Assembly (NCBI GenBank): GCA_965370045.1
Contig: CBDUSI010000006.1
Span: 3,968-67,967 of the forward strand
Reading direction: 5' to 3'
Origin: an uncultured bacterium
Lineage (GTDB): Bacteria > Planctomycetota > SZUA-567 > JAKLDR01
DNA length: 64,000 nucleotides
Both the position numbers and the translations under genes were made by a program. Numbering within the stretch: position 1 is the first letter of the stretch; every line of letters begins with the position of its first letter. Below, one piece after another: positions 9,238 to 17,702 of the stretch. The notes under the pieces were generated by a model, which was given only the letters and a program-made list of their open reading frames with translations, was not told where the DNA came from and searched no databases.

Positions 9238-9266
9238 TTGACATTCTGGCGCAGTTGCGCTATAAT
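9238..9266 (+). promoter_or_regulatory. Consensus sigma70 promoter TTGACA-N17-TATAAT
   Basis: TTGACA at 9238-9243 and TATAAT at 9261-9266, in an AT-rich intergenic region. A GGAGAG SD and ATG 9290 lie downstream. Confidence 0.7.
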
Positions 9267-9289
9267 AGTGGTAAGTCTGGAGAGTTCAT

Positions 9290-10312
9290 ATGCTCGACGA
9301 GGCCATGGGCGTTCTCGAAAGCGCCGCCCGCTACCGCGCGGGAGGTGACTCCTGGGAGGATGTGTCCGTTCTCCTCAAGCGTCCCGTCTGCGAATTGAAA
9401 GCCCTCGCCTGGGAGCGCCGCAGCGAGTGGACCTCGCTCTTCACCGAGGCGGCGGGTATGGCCGCGCTGGAAGTGCTCGCCGACCTGGCCCACGGCTCCG
9501 ACCCCCACGTCGCCGCCATCGCCGCCCGGACCCTCCTGACCCACTCCCGCTGGCAGACGGGCTGTCAACCACCAAGTCACCAAGAAGAGCTTGAGAGCTG
9601 GAGCGCGGCGGGAGCCCAGGCTTCCCCGGGCGAGCAGTTCCGCGAGGGAAGCCCCAGCTTGGTGTCTTTGTGTCTTGGTGGTGAAGAAAAGATAGCTAAA
9701 GCCGGGGAAGCGGCCACCGAGCGGCTGGTCGAGCTGCTGGGCGACGAGAAGAGCTGGGTCGCGCTGCGCGCGGCGCAGAGCATCCTCGTGCAGGTCAGGT
9801 CGTGGTGGAGCTGGACGCACGTGCGCCCACGGGCCCCCAGAGCCGAGAAAACGCCCAAGGGCCCCGACTGGAAGGCCATCCTGCCCTGGCAGGAGGAAGA
9901 CGCGCCGCCTCCGCCGGACAGAATCTCAATCCATGAGAACAGCAACAGCATTGGCAGAGAGGGCCCATCCGAGCGGATCGTAGCCTTTGCGCGGCCGGGC
10001 GTCTCCAGCGAGTCCTGGGAAAAGACCGGCGCGGAGGCCGACGAGTACATACGCGAACTCGCCTCTGGCGAGAAGCCCGGCGTGGAGTTCATGTGGTACG
10101 GGCACTGGCGCACTACGCACCTTGAGCGCATTGCCGGCCGCGACAACATCCCCTGGCCGCCGCCCGAGGAGATGATCTCAGGCAGGTGGTACGCCGTCTG
10201 GGACGAGGAATCGCGCGATATCAAGCCGAAGCCTTTGCCCGACTCCTGGCAAACCGGCGATCCCGAGCCCCCCGACGGTTGGGGCCCGAATTCGCGGGCG
10301 AGTCCTAACTGA
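9290..10312 (+). CDS. Hypothetical helical (HEAT-like) protein carrying an in-frame MITE-like insertion
   Basis: Consensus promoter plus SD. N-terminus AARYRAGGDSWEDVSVLLKR (HTH-like) and ALEVLADLAHGSDPHVAAIAARTLL / ERLVELLGDEKSWVALRAAQSIL (HEAT-like). Repeat copy 1 is translated in frame. Confidence 0.55.
   Translation: MLDEAMGVLESAARYRAGGDSWEDVSVLLKRPVCELKALAWERRSEWTSLFTEAAGMAALEVLADLAHGSDPHVAAIAARTLLTHSRWQTGCQPPSHQEELESWSAAGAQASPGEQFREGSPSLVSLCLGGEEKIAKAGEAATERLVELLGDEKSWVALRAAQSILVQVRSWWSWTHVRPRAPRAEKTPKGPDWKAILPWQEEDAPPPPDRISIHENSNSIGREGPSERIVAFARPGVSSESWEKTGAEADEYIRELASGEKPGVEFMWYGHWRTTHLERIAGRDNIPWPPPEEMISGRWYAVWDEESRDIKPKPLPDSWQTGDPEPPDGWGPNSRASPN
9567..9683. repeat. MITE-like element, copy 1 (terminal inverted repeats AACCACCAAG.CACCAAG / CTTGGTG..GTCTTGGTGGT)
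   Basis: Its ends are inverted repeats of each other. The right ~65 nt (..GCAGTTCCGCGAGGGAAGC.CCA.CTTGGTG..TCTTGGTGGTGAAG) recur at 10497-10550. Confidence 0.7.
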
Positions 10313-10314
10313 TT

Positions 10315-10547
10315 AACCACCAAGACACCAAGACACGAAGAAGAGCTGTTGCCGCTCGGAGCGGCGCCTTCAGGTGCCCGACGAGAAGCAAGTCACTTGC
10401 CAGAACCACGCCAGGGAGGGCGGAACCTCGATGGCTTGACAGGATGTCAAGAGACATCGTTTGGGAACGCGGCGGAAGGCGAAGTTTCCGGGAGAGGGCA
10501 GTTCCGCGAGGGAAGCTCCAACTTGGTGCCTTGGTGTCTTGGTGGTG
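10315..10547. repeat. MITE-like element, copy 2 (longer, intergenic), with a central CTTGACA-GGA-TGTCAAG palindrome
   Basis: Same termini as copy 1 (AACCACCAAGACACCAAG ... CTTGGTGTCTTGGTGGT). Internal perfect 7-3-7 palindrome at 10435-10451. Confidence 0.7.
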
Positions 10548-10664
10548 AAGAGGGTCTTTGCCTCTGTGGTGAAGAAGCGCGCGTCCCAACCTTGACTTGC
10601 AGGCGGAAGTTCCGGGCATAGAATCTTATCCTTGGAGCGTTAAGCCCAGCGGAAAGGACGCCGC

Positions 10665-11015
10665 ATGCCCGTCGAGGTCGATATCAAGAGCGTTGAGGAC
10701 GGCGCGATCCTGGCCGACGACGTGCTCGACGCGCGCGGCAACGTCCTGCTGGCCGCCAAGACCCAGATCACCAAGGCGCACCTCTCGCTCATCGGCCGCC
10801 GGGGCATCACGACTGTTCGCGTCATGCTCCCCGAAGATATGCAGAAGGACGAGGAAGGGGAGGGCGGCGGCGAGGCGGTCGATCCCGCCCGGCTGCTCGA
10901 AGCGCTGGCCGAGTTGGACGCGGCCTTCGCCGGGGCCGGGGAGAACCCGATAATGACCGCCATACACAAGGCGGCGCGCGCCCACCTGGAGGCCGGCAAC
11001 CTGCCGCCGGCGTGA
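10665..11015 (+). CDS. Hypothetical small protein (N-terminal motif like the N-termini of HD-GYP/HDOD-associated regulators)
   Basis: ATG with a GGAAAGGA SD. Motif GAILADDVLDARGNVLLAAKTQITKAHLSLIGRRGI. Translationally coupled to the HDOD gene. Confidence 0.6.
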   Translation: MPVEVDIKSVEDGAILADDVLDARGNVLLAAKTQITKAHLSLIGRRGITTVRVMLPEDMQKDEEGEGGGEAVDPARLLEALAELDAAFAGAGENPIMTAIHKAARAHLEAGNLPPA

Positions 11016-11896
11016 GCATGGACGCCCCGCTGACCAAGCTCGAGAAGCTCATAGGCTCCATTGAGGGCCTGCCCACCCTGCCCTCGGTGGTCGCCCGGGT
11101 CAACGACCTGGTCGACGACCCCACCGCCTCGGCCGGGGACATCAACGACATCCTCTCCCGCGACATGGCGCTGGGCTCCAAGATCCTCAAGCTGGTCAAC
11201 AGCGCCTACTACGGCTTCCCGCGGAGGATATCGTCCATCACCCACGCGGTGGTCATCCTCGGCTTCCAGACCGTCCGAAGCATAGCCCTCTCCGCCTTCG
11301 TCTTCGACGCCTTCGGCGCCAGCGACCTGCCCTTCGGCTACCGCAACTTCTGGGTGCACTCCGTGGGCGTGGGCGTCGCCGCCCAGGTGGTCGGCAGCCG
11401 CCAGGGCCTGCCGCTGAGCGAGGACGCCTTCATGTGCGGGCTGCTCCACGACGTGGGCAAGCTGGTCCTCCACCAGCACATGGGCGAGCAGTACGCGAAG
11501 GCGCTGGCCAAAGTCGAGACCGACGACCTGACCCTCTTCGAGGCCGAGAAGGCCACGCTGGAGACCAACCACGCGGAGGTCGGCGGGCTGCTCACCGAGC
11601 ACTGGAAGCTCCCCGAGAAGATGGTCGCCGCGCTGCGCTCTCACCACGAGCCGGAGAGCGCCTCGGAGGAGGCCGGCAAGCTGGTCGCCGCCGTGCACCT
11701 CGCCGACGTCCTGGTCCGGGCCATGCTCATCGGCTCGGGCGGCGGGCGGAAGCTGTCAACCGCTTCGGAAACCGCCTGGGATCTCCTGGGCCTCTCCGCG
11801 GACGACCTCCCCGAGATCATGCGCGAGATCACCACCGAGATGGCCAAGGCGGGCGCGTTTATAGAGCTGGTTCAGGCTTCCAGCAGGGCCAGGTAG
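11012..11896 (+). CDS. HDOD domain signalling protein
   Basis: LPTLPSVVARVNDLVDDP..DINDILSRDMALGSKILKLVNSAYYGFPRRISSITHAVVILG..GLLHDVGKLVL. Confidence 0.9.
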   Translation: MSMDAPLTKLEKLIGSIEGLPTLPSVVARVNDLVDDPTASAGDINDILSRDMALGSKILKLVNSAYYGFPRRISSITHAVVILGFQTVRSIALSAFVFDAFGASDLPFGYRNFWVHSVGVGVAAQVVGSRQGLPLSEDAFMCGLLHDVGKLVLHQHMGEQYAKALAKVETDDLTLFEAEKATLETNHAEVGGLLTEHWKLPEKMVAALRSHHEPESASEEAGKLVAAVHLADVLVRAMLIGSGGGRKLSTASETAWDLLGLSADDLPEIMREITTEMAKAGAFIELVQASSRAR

Positions 11897-13326
11897 GCGC
11901 CGTCGTTCAGCCGCGCGCGGGGCAGCACCGTCTGCTCCTCGAGAAGCCGGACGCTCGGCCGGGATGACAGTACCCAGCGGACCACGTCACCGTTCTCGGC
12001 GGCCAGCAGTGAGCAGGTGGCGTAGAGCGCCCGCCCTCCGGGGCGCAAGGCCTCCAGCGCCGCGCCGAGTATGTCCCGCTGGCGCCCGGCCAGTTGGGCA
12101 ATAGCCTCGGGGTGCGCCCGCCAGCGGGCCTCGACCCGGCGGTTCATCGCCCCGGTGTTGGAGCAGGGCACATCGGCCAGCACCCTGTCGAAACCGGCGG
12201 CCAGGTCGGCGGGCAGCGGGGGCACCGCCAGGTGGCGGACCGCGATGCCCGTCAGCCCCAGGCGGCCGGCGGCCTCGGCCACCAGCTTCAGGCGTTCGGC
12301 GTCGGCGTCGCAGGCCACTACTTCGGCGCGGTCGCCGGCCAGCTCGGCCAGGTGCGTGGCCTTGCCTCCGGGCGCGGCGCAGAGGTCCAGCACCCGCTGG
12401 CCGGGCCGGGGGTCCAGGAGCCGCGCGGCGCGCTGCTGGGCCTCGTCCTGAACGGTGAAGAGCCCATTGCTGAGACCGGCCAGCTGGCCAACGGGACGCT
12501 CGGGTTTGAGTCGCCAGCAGCCGGGTGTCTCCCCGCGCTCGGCGCGGCTGCAGCCGGCGAAGACCTCGCCGGCGGCGCAGAGCTCCGCGGGCTCACGTCC
12601 GGCCAACTCGTCGAGCGGGGCACGCAGGGGATTGATCCGCACGCTGATGGGCGGCAGCTCGTTGCCCCACTGGAGGACGGACTCGGCGGGGGCCGCCCCG
12701 AGCTCCTCCACGAGGCGCTCGACCAGCCAGCGTGGGTAGCTGTAGTGCGCGGCCAGCCAGCCGTAGGGATCAGCGTCGGGGTCGGGCAGGATCTCGCGGG
12801 CCAGCGCCAGGTACTCCCCGGAGCGGAAGGCCAGCGCCGCGCGCCGGGCCTCCGCCGGGACCTTGCCGCGCCCGCGCTCGCCGCGCAGGGTCAGCGTTGC
12901 GCGCAGCACCGCGTTGGCGAAACCGGCGGCCTTCCTGCCGGCGAAGGAGTACGCCAGGCGGACGGCCTCGTCGAGGGCGGCGTGCTCGGGGATGCGAGTC
13001 AGGTAGAAGGTCTGGTAGACGGCCCCGCGGATGGCCTCCAGGACGGCGGTGTGCATGCGGCCCAGCGGCATGGATGAGACCTCGGCGATCACCAGGTCGA
13101 TGGAGGCCCGGTGGCGAATAGCCCCGTAAGAAATTTCCTCGGCGAGGCGCCGGTCCCGCTCGCTGATCTGTGCCTTGGCGGCCATCTCTTCCAGCGCCAG
13201 GCCGACGGGCAGGCCGCGCTTCTCGGCGAGCAGGCTGGCGTTGAGCGCCGCCAGGCGCGCCGGGGAGTGCGGCCGCCCCCTCACCGGGCCGGGACGCTGG
13301 CCCTTGCCCGCGCGCTTCGGCTTCAA
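11872..13326 (-). CDS. rsmB: 16S rRNA (cytosine-C5)-methyltransferase RsmB/Sun
   Basis: NusB-like N-terminus, then FTVQDEAQQ..VLDLCAAPGGKATHLA..DRVLADVPCSNTGAM..LYATCSL. Confidence 0.9.
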   Translation of the reverse strand: MKPKRAGKGQRPGPVRGRPHSPARLAALNASLLAEKRGLPVGLALEEMAAKAQISERDRRLAEEISYGAIRHRASIDLVIAEVSSMPLGRMHTAVLEAIRGAVYQTFYLTRIPEHAALDEAVRLAYSFAGRKAAGFANAVLRATLTLRGERGRGKVPAEARRAALAFRSGEYLALAREILPDPDADPYGWLAAHYSYPRWLVERLVEELGAAPAESVLQWGNELPPISVRINPLRAPLDELAGREPAELCAAGEVFAGCSRAERGETPGCWRLKPERPVGQLAGLSNGLFTVQDEAQQRAARLLDPRPGQRVLDLCAAPGGKATHLAELAGDRAEVVACDADAERLKLVAEAAGRLGLTGIAVRHLAVPPLPADLAAGFDRVLADVPCSNTGAMNRRVEARWRAHPEAIAQLAGRQRDILGAALEALRPGGRALYATCSLLAAENGDVVRWVLSSRPSVRLLEEQTVLPRARLNDGAYLALLEA

Positions 13327-14546
13327 TCCCGCGTCCCTCCCCGGCGCTGCTTCTGCCGCGCGCGCCGGCTGCCGGGCAGCAGTTCCCGGCCGACGAACTT
13401 GACCAGCAGGGTCGCGTAGCTGCCCGGAGGCATAGTAAAGTCCAGGCGCAGCTTGTATTTCCCGGAGTAGAGATCGTCAGGCTGCTGCTTGCCGACCCGC
13501 AGTTCTCCGGGGAAGACCAGCGCGGAACGCTCTCCGCCGCGGAAGCTGAGCTTCCTGGTGCCCTTGACCTTGAGCCGGTCGAGCGTGAGCCCCTCGGCGT
13601 CCAGGGCCTCGCGCGCGGGCTCGGCCAGCTGACCGGAGCCATAGTCGGCAGCGGGGAAGGGCAGAGGAATATCCAGATCGCGCAGGACGGCCAGCGAGTT
13701 CTCCGTGACTTCGTCAAAGAAGGTCAACCGTCCGGGGGCGTAGCGAATTTTGAAGAGCGCCTCCCGGTCGAGCAGACGAGAAAGCAGGCCCGTCAGGGTC
13801 TCGTTCCAGAGGTAGCTCTGATAGGCAAAGAGGTAAAGCTGCGCGAGGCGCGGCTCCACCAGCTCAAAGGCCCGCAGGAAGGCGCCGGGATGGTCGCAGA
13901 GGTGAGCGACTATCTTGCGCGCGTTGCCGCGCGGCAGCTTGGCATGGAGTTCGGTCCACTTGCCCCACAGCTCGGCGGCGCGTTTGCGCGCGGTGCGCTC
14001 GCGGGAGGCGTCGAGCCGGCTGGGCGCGGCCAGGTGCAGGCGCAGGGCGCCCTCGAAGTCCCCGTCGATGAGCCTTCGGGCAATGAAGCCCTGCTTGCCG
14101 CGAAAGGACCCGAAGCGCTGCTCGTCGAAGTAGTTGGGCAGTCCCTGCCGGGCCCCGAGGCGCGCGCGCCCGCGGAGGATTTCGATGGCGTCGGCGGGAA
14201 CGTCGCGGAGGACGATGCGGAAGCGGTTGCCGAGGAGCTGCGCGCCGGTCATGGGCTCCTCGCAGCGGCCCAGGGGAGTGAGCTTCAGCCCGGCGAGCTT
14301 CACCTCGCCGACCGGCTTGCCGCTGACGGTCAGGTGCTGGCGGGTGAGCGCATACTTGTCCTTGAGCCCCCCGGCGCTTATCGACTTCGCCGGCCGGCCA
14401 AGATGGCGGGCCAGGCGGCCGATGGCCTCGAACGTAGAAAGGCCGCGCTTCTCCAACGTGTAGAGGCCGAACCGCCCGCGACTGCCGGGCTCCAGCCGGG
14501 CAAGTTCCTCCACGCGAAAGTCTTCCGGCCGGCACTTGATCTTCAC
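13323..14546 (-). CDS. truD: tRNA pseudouridine(13) synthase TruD
   Basis: VKIKCRPEDFRVEE..GLKDKYALTRQ..NYFDEQRFG. GTG at 14546. The track extension to 14687 runs through the duplicated gene remnant and is not credible. Confidence 0.88.
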   Translation of the reverse strand: MKIKCRPEDFRVEELARLEPGSRGRFGLYTLEKRGLSTFEAIGRLARHLGRPAKSISAGGLKDKYALTRQHLTVSGKPVGEVKLAGLKLTPLGRCEEPMTGAQLLGNRFRIVLRDVPADAIEILRGRARLGARQGLPNYFDEQRFGSFRGKQGFIARRLIDGDFEGALRLHLAAPSRLDASRERTARKRAAELWGKWTELHAKLPRGNARKIVAHLCDHPGAFLRAFELVEPRLAQLYLFAYQSYLWNETLTGLLSRLLDREALFKIRYAPGRLTFFDEVTENSLAVLRDLDIPLPFPAADYGSGQLAEPAREALDAEGLTLDRLKVKGTRKLSFRGGERSALVFPGELRVGKQQPDDLYSGKYKLRLDFTMPPGSYATLLVKFVGRELLPGSRRARQKQRRGGTRD

Positions 14547-14641
14547 AGCCGGCCCTCGTAGAGCTCGGCGTGAAGCTCCAGGAAACGGTCCAGCCGGAAG
14601 CCCTCCCACACGCGCTCGCACCCGGCGGCGCACATAGCCGC
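14543..14641. repeat. 99-bp direct repeat, left copy (degenerate duplicate of the glycosyltransferase gene 3' end)
   Basis: Aligns with 15389-15487 with about 8 mismatches, including a 46-nt identical core tcgtagagctcggcgtgaagctccaggaaacggtccagccggaagcc. Confidence 0.9.
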
Positions 14642-14652
14642 TGCTCCGAAGC

Positions 14653-15345
14653 TCAAGGTTTCTTGGCTTCCTTACTCCCTTCGGCAAGCGACGCCCCGTC
14701 CTTGGCCAGCCGCTTCCTATCCTTCATTCTGCCCTGCCAGCGTGGCTTGTAAGCCTTCCACCACTTGGCGAACTTGTCTATCTTCTTGGCTTCCGCCTTG
14801 AGGTCGAGCGGGGTCGAGAGGAAGGCGACTACGTATATTCCGGAAATGGACTGAACAGTGTAGATCCCATTTGGATACTTCTCTGCGATTGCGTGTTCGG
14901 CCAACAGCCCCAATGCACGCTCCTCGAGTGCGTACAGCCAGCAGTCAGAGATAACAGATCGCCTGAGCTGAGCTTTGCGCTTCTTCCCATCGGCCAGCGT
15001 GCGCTTCCATTCGTCGCGCAGATAGGGCCACGCGTCAGAAGTCACGGCACGTAGTCTCTTGTAAGCTGTCGTGCTGCCGTAGCCACGCCGCACCTTCCCA
15101 CCGCAACGTTTCTCGATGACAGCAAGCTCTCGGCGCGCAACTTCCGCGGCGAGCAGACTTGTCAACTGCTTCGCTTTGACATAGGCATCCAGCACGGCCT
15201 TAGAATCTCCCGCGACTGCCGAACGCGACGTCGCTTCTGCGCCAGTACGCTCACCGGCCTTCTCGCCGCACAACGCGGGTGTGAATCCAAACATCAACAC
15301 CCAACTCGCCCCGAGAAGGAGAACCTGTTGACTTCTTGGCATCAT
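14653..15345 (-). CDS. Secreted hypothetical protein encoded in a low-GC insertion
   Basis: ATG ATG at 15345 preceded by an AAGGGAGG SD. Signal-peptide-like MMPRSQQVLLLGASWVLMFGFTPALCGE. Lys-rich C-terminus. Lower GC than the flanks. Confidence 0.65.
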   Translation of the reverse strand: MMPRSQQVLLLGASWVLMFGFTPALCGEKAGERTGAEATSRSAVAGDSKAVLDAYVKAKQLTSLLAAEVARRELAVIEKRCGGKVRRGYGSTTAYKRLRAVTSDAWPYLRDEWKRTLADGKKRKAQLRRSVISDCWLYALEERALGLLAEHAIAEKYPNGIYTVQSISGIYVVAFLSTPLDLKAEAKKIDKFAKWWKAYKPRWQGRMKDRKRLAKDGASLAEGSKEAKKP

Positions 15346-15388
15346 GACCTCCCTTGCTGCCCGCCGGAAACGTACTGGTGTGGCTTGG

Positions 15389-15487
15389 TCACAGCTTCCC
15401 CTCGTAGAGCTCGGCGTGAAGCTCCAGGAAACGGTCCAGCCGGAAGCCTTCCCGCACGCGCTCGCGCCCGGCGGCGCCCATCGCCGC
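15389..15487. repeat. 99-bp direct repeat, right copy (authentic 3' end of the glycosyltransferase gene)
   Basis: See 14543-14641. This copy encodes the real C-terminus ..GFRLDRFLELHAELYEGKL*. Confidence 0.9.
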
Positions 15488-16552
15488 GCGCTTCCCGGGA
15501 TCGGCCAGGAGCTCGGAAATTCGCGCGGCGATCTCCTCCTCATTGCGGAGCTCGACGAGGTATCCGGTGGCTCCGTCCTCGACCAGCTCGACGCATCCGG
15601 GAATGCGGCTGGCGACCACTGGCAGTCCGCTGGCGCCCGCCTCAAGAAGCACGTAGGGCAACCCCTCCCACAGGCTGGAGAGCACGAAGAGGTCCAGGGC
15701 GGCGTACAGTCGATCAGCGTCCGGGCGGTGGCCCAGGAATATCACGCGCTCGCGGATGCCCAGGTCCTGGGCCAGGGCGTGCAAGTAGGGCAGCAGCGGC
15801 CCCGCGCCGATGAGCAGGAACCTGGCTTCCGGGTGTTTCGCGGCCACCAGCCGCGCGGCGCGCAGGAAGTGCCCGCAGCCCTTCTGGGGCGAGAGGCGCG
15901 CGACCATGCCCACGGCCAGGTCGCCGTCGGCCAGGCCCAGCTCGCCGCGGACCCGCGCGCGGTTGGCGGGCGCGGCCAGCGCCTCGAACCTGGCCGCGTC
16001 GACGCCGTTGGGGATCACCGTCAGCCGGCCGGGCGCGGCCACGCGCAGCTCCAGGGCCACCTCGGCCTGCCCCTGGCCCACGGCCACGACCTTGCTGCTC
16101 AGCCGCCAGAGCAGCCGCTCGGTGGCCAGGAAGACCAGGCGACTGAGCCCTCCCCGCGCCCACTGGAAGGGATACACGTGCGGGGTGTGATATATCCGGG
16201 GGACGCCCGCCAGGCGCGCCGCCAGCCGGCCCAGAAGGCCGCCCTTGGAGCCATGGGCGTGGACCACATCCGGCCGCTCGCGCCGGAAGAGCCGCCACAA
16301 GCGCCAGAGCGCGAGGAGATCCCGCAGTGGGGCTGGCTGGCGGCGCATGGGAATCACCTCCACCCGGCGGCCCTCGGTCCACATGCGTTCGAGGTCTGGC
16401 TGGAACTCCCCGTCGGAGCGCGGCGAGACCACCGGCAGGAGGTCGAAGCGCGCGGGGTCGAGGCCGTAGAGCAGGTCGATCACGTGCCGGCGGGTGCCAC
16501 CCTGGGTGGCCTCCAGGACCAGCGCGACCTTGACCCGTCCGCGCTCAGCCAC
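15389..16552 (-). CDS. Glycosyltransferase family 4 (GT-B)
   Basis: GGTRRHVIDL..DVVHAHGSKGG..; C-terminal LSSLWEGLPYVLLEAGASGLPVVASRIPG..LVEDGATG (E-X7-E type motif). Confidence 0.9.
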   Translation of the reverse strand: MAERGRVKVALVLEATQGGTRRHVIDLLYGLDPARFDLLPVVSPRSDGEFQPDLERMWTEGRRVEVIPMRRQPAPLRDLLALWRLWRLFRRERPDVVHAHGSKGGLLGRLAARLAGVPRIYHTPHVYPFQWARGGLSRLVFLATERLLWRLSSKVVAVGQGQAEVALELRVAAPGRLTVIPNGVDAARFEALAAPANRARVRGELGLADGDLAVGMVARLSPQKGCGHFLRAARLVAAKHPEARFLLIGAGPLLPYLHALAQDLGIRERVIFLGHRPDADRLYAALDLFVLSSLWEGLPYVLLEAGASGLPVVASRIPGCVELVEDGATGYLVELRNEEEIAARISELLADPGKRAAMGAAGRERVREGFRLDRFLELHAELYEGKL

Positions 16553-17702
16553 GGCTTGCCCTCCACGAGGCCAGCGACTCGACCAGCCCCGTAATCTCCT
16601 CCTCGCCGTGCTGGCTGCACACCGAGACTCTCAGCCGCGCCGCGCCGCGGGGCACGGTGGGATAGCGCACCGCCGGGCAGAAGTATCCGCTCTGGAGCAG
16701 GCATTGAGAGGCCGCCAGCGCCTCGGCATTCTCGCCGAGCACCACTGGGACGATGTGGCTGCGGCTCTTCCCGGTGTCGAACCCCGTGGCGGACAGGGAC
16801 TCGCGCAGGAACTCGGCGCGCGCGGCCAGGCGCGCCCGGCGCTCCGGCTCCGCCTCCACGATTTCGAGCGCGGCCAGCGCCGCGCCGAGCTGCGCGGGGG
16901 CCGGCGCGGTGGTGTAGATGAAGGAGCGCGCGCGGTTTATCAGGTAGTCAACCGTCGTCCTCGACGCGCAGATGAAGCCGCCCAGCGAGCCCAGTGCCTT
17001 GCTGAGCGTGCCCATAGAGATCGCCACTAAGTCTTCGACGCCCAGCAGCTCGGCCGATCCGCGGCCGGCCGGTCCCAGGCAGCCGGTGGCGTGAGCCTCG
17101 TCGACCATCAACCCCGCGCCGAAACGCGCGGCCAGCTCGCCAAGCTCTGCCAGCGGGGCGAGGTCCCCGTCCATGGAGAAGAGCCCGTCGGTCACTATCA
17201 GGCGCCGGCCGCGGGCCGGCTTCTCCAGGAGGCGGCGGAGCTTCTCGGCACGCCCGTGCGGGTAGGTCCGCAGCCGCGCTCCGCTCAGGCGCGCGCCGTC
17301 TATGAGCGAAGCGTGGTCCAGCTTGTCGAGGTAGACCTCGTCGCCCGGCCCCAGCAGCGCCGAGCAGGTGCCCACCGCGGCCTGGTAGCCGGTGGGAAAG
17401 AGCAGCGCGGCCTCGCAGCCTTTGAAAGCGGCCAGGCGCGCCTCGAGGCGCTCGGTGACTTCGAGCGTGCCGGCGATGAGCCGCGAGCTGCCCGAGCCGG
17501 CCCCGTATTCGCGGCCCGCCCGCGCGGCGGCATCGGCCAGGCGCGGGTCGCGGCGCAGGCCCAGGTAGTCGTTGCTGGCGAAGGAGACCGCACCCTCGGG
17601 AAGAGAGCGCGTCGAGCGGGCCAGGTCGGCGGCGGCCAGCTCACCGAGTTCGTCGGCCAGGGCGCTCTCGAAGGGCAGGGCAGCGTGGCGGCGGTCAGGC
17701 AT
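16545..17702 (-). CDS. Alpha-oxoamine synthase family PLP enzyme (8-amino-7-oxononanoate synthase / serine-palmitoyltransferase-like)
   Basis: FASNDYLGL..GSGSSRLIAG..MVDEAHATG..GTLSKALGSLGG (PLP lysine). I cannot discriminate BioF, KBL and Spt by eye. Confidence 0.85.
   Translation of the reverse strand: MPDRRHAALPFESALADELGELAAADLARSTRSLPEGAVSFASNDYLGLRRDPRLADAAARAGREYGAGSGSSRLIAGTLEVTERLEARLAAFKGCEAALLFPTGYQAAVGTCSALLGPGDEVYLDKLDHASLIDGARLSGARLRTYPHGRAEKLRRLLEKPARGRRLIVTDGLFSMDGDLAPLAELGELAARFGAGLMVDEAHATGCLGPAGRGSAELLGVEDLVAISMGTLSKALGSLGGFICASRTTVDYLINRARSFIYTTAPAPAQLGAALAALEIVEAEPERRARLAARAEFLRESLSATGFDTGKSRSHIVPVVLGENAEALAASQCLLQSGYFCPAVRYPTVPRGAARLRVSVCSQHGEEEITGLVESLASWRASRG

Noticed and set aside
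10592-10624. TTGACT ... TAGAAT upstream of the 10665 gene as a promoter
   Set aside because: The spacer is 21 nt. The alternative TTGCAG-N16-TAGAAT is possible but weak, so it is not reported as a feature.
13335-13342. Using GGGNAGGG/CCCTNCCC polarity as proof of the terminus
   Set aside because: Only eye-spotted instances were found, and one is contrary (this site). The motif is validated for E. coli-like FtsK only. It is kept as a suggestion, not as evidence.
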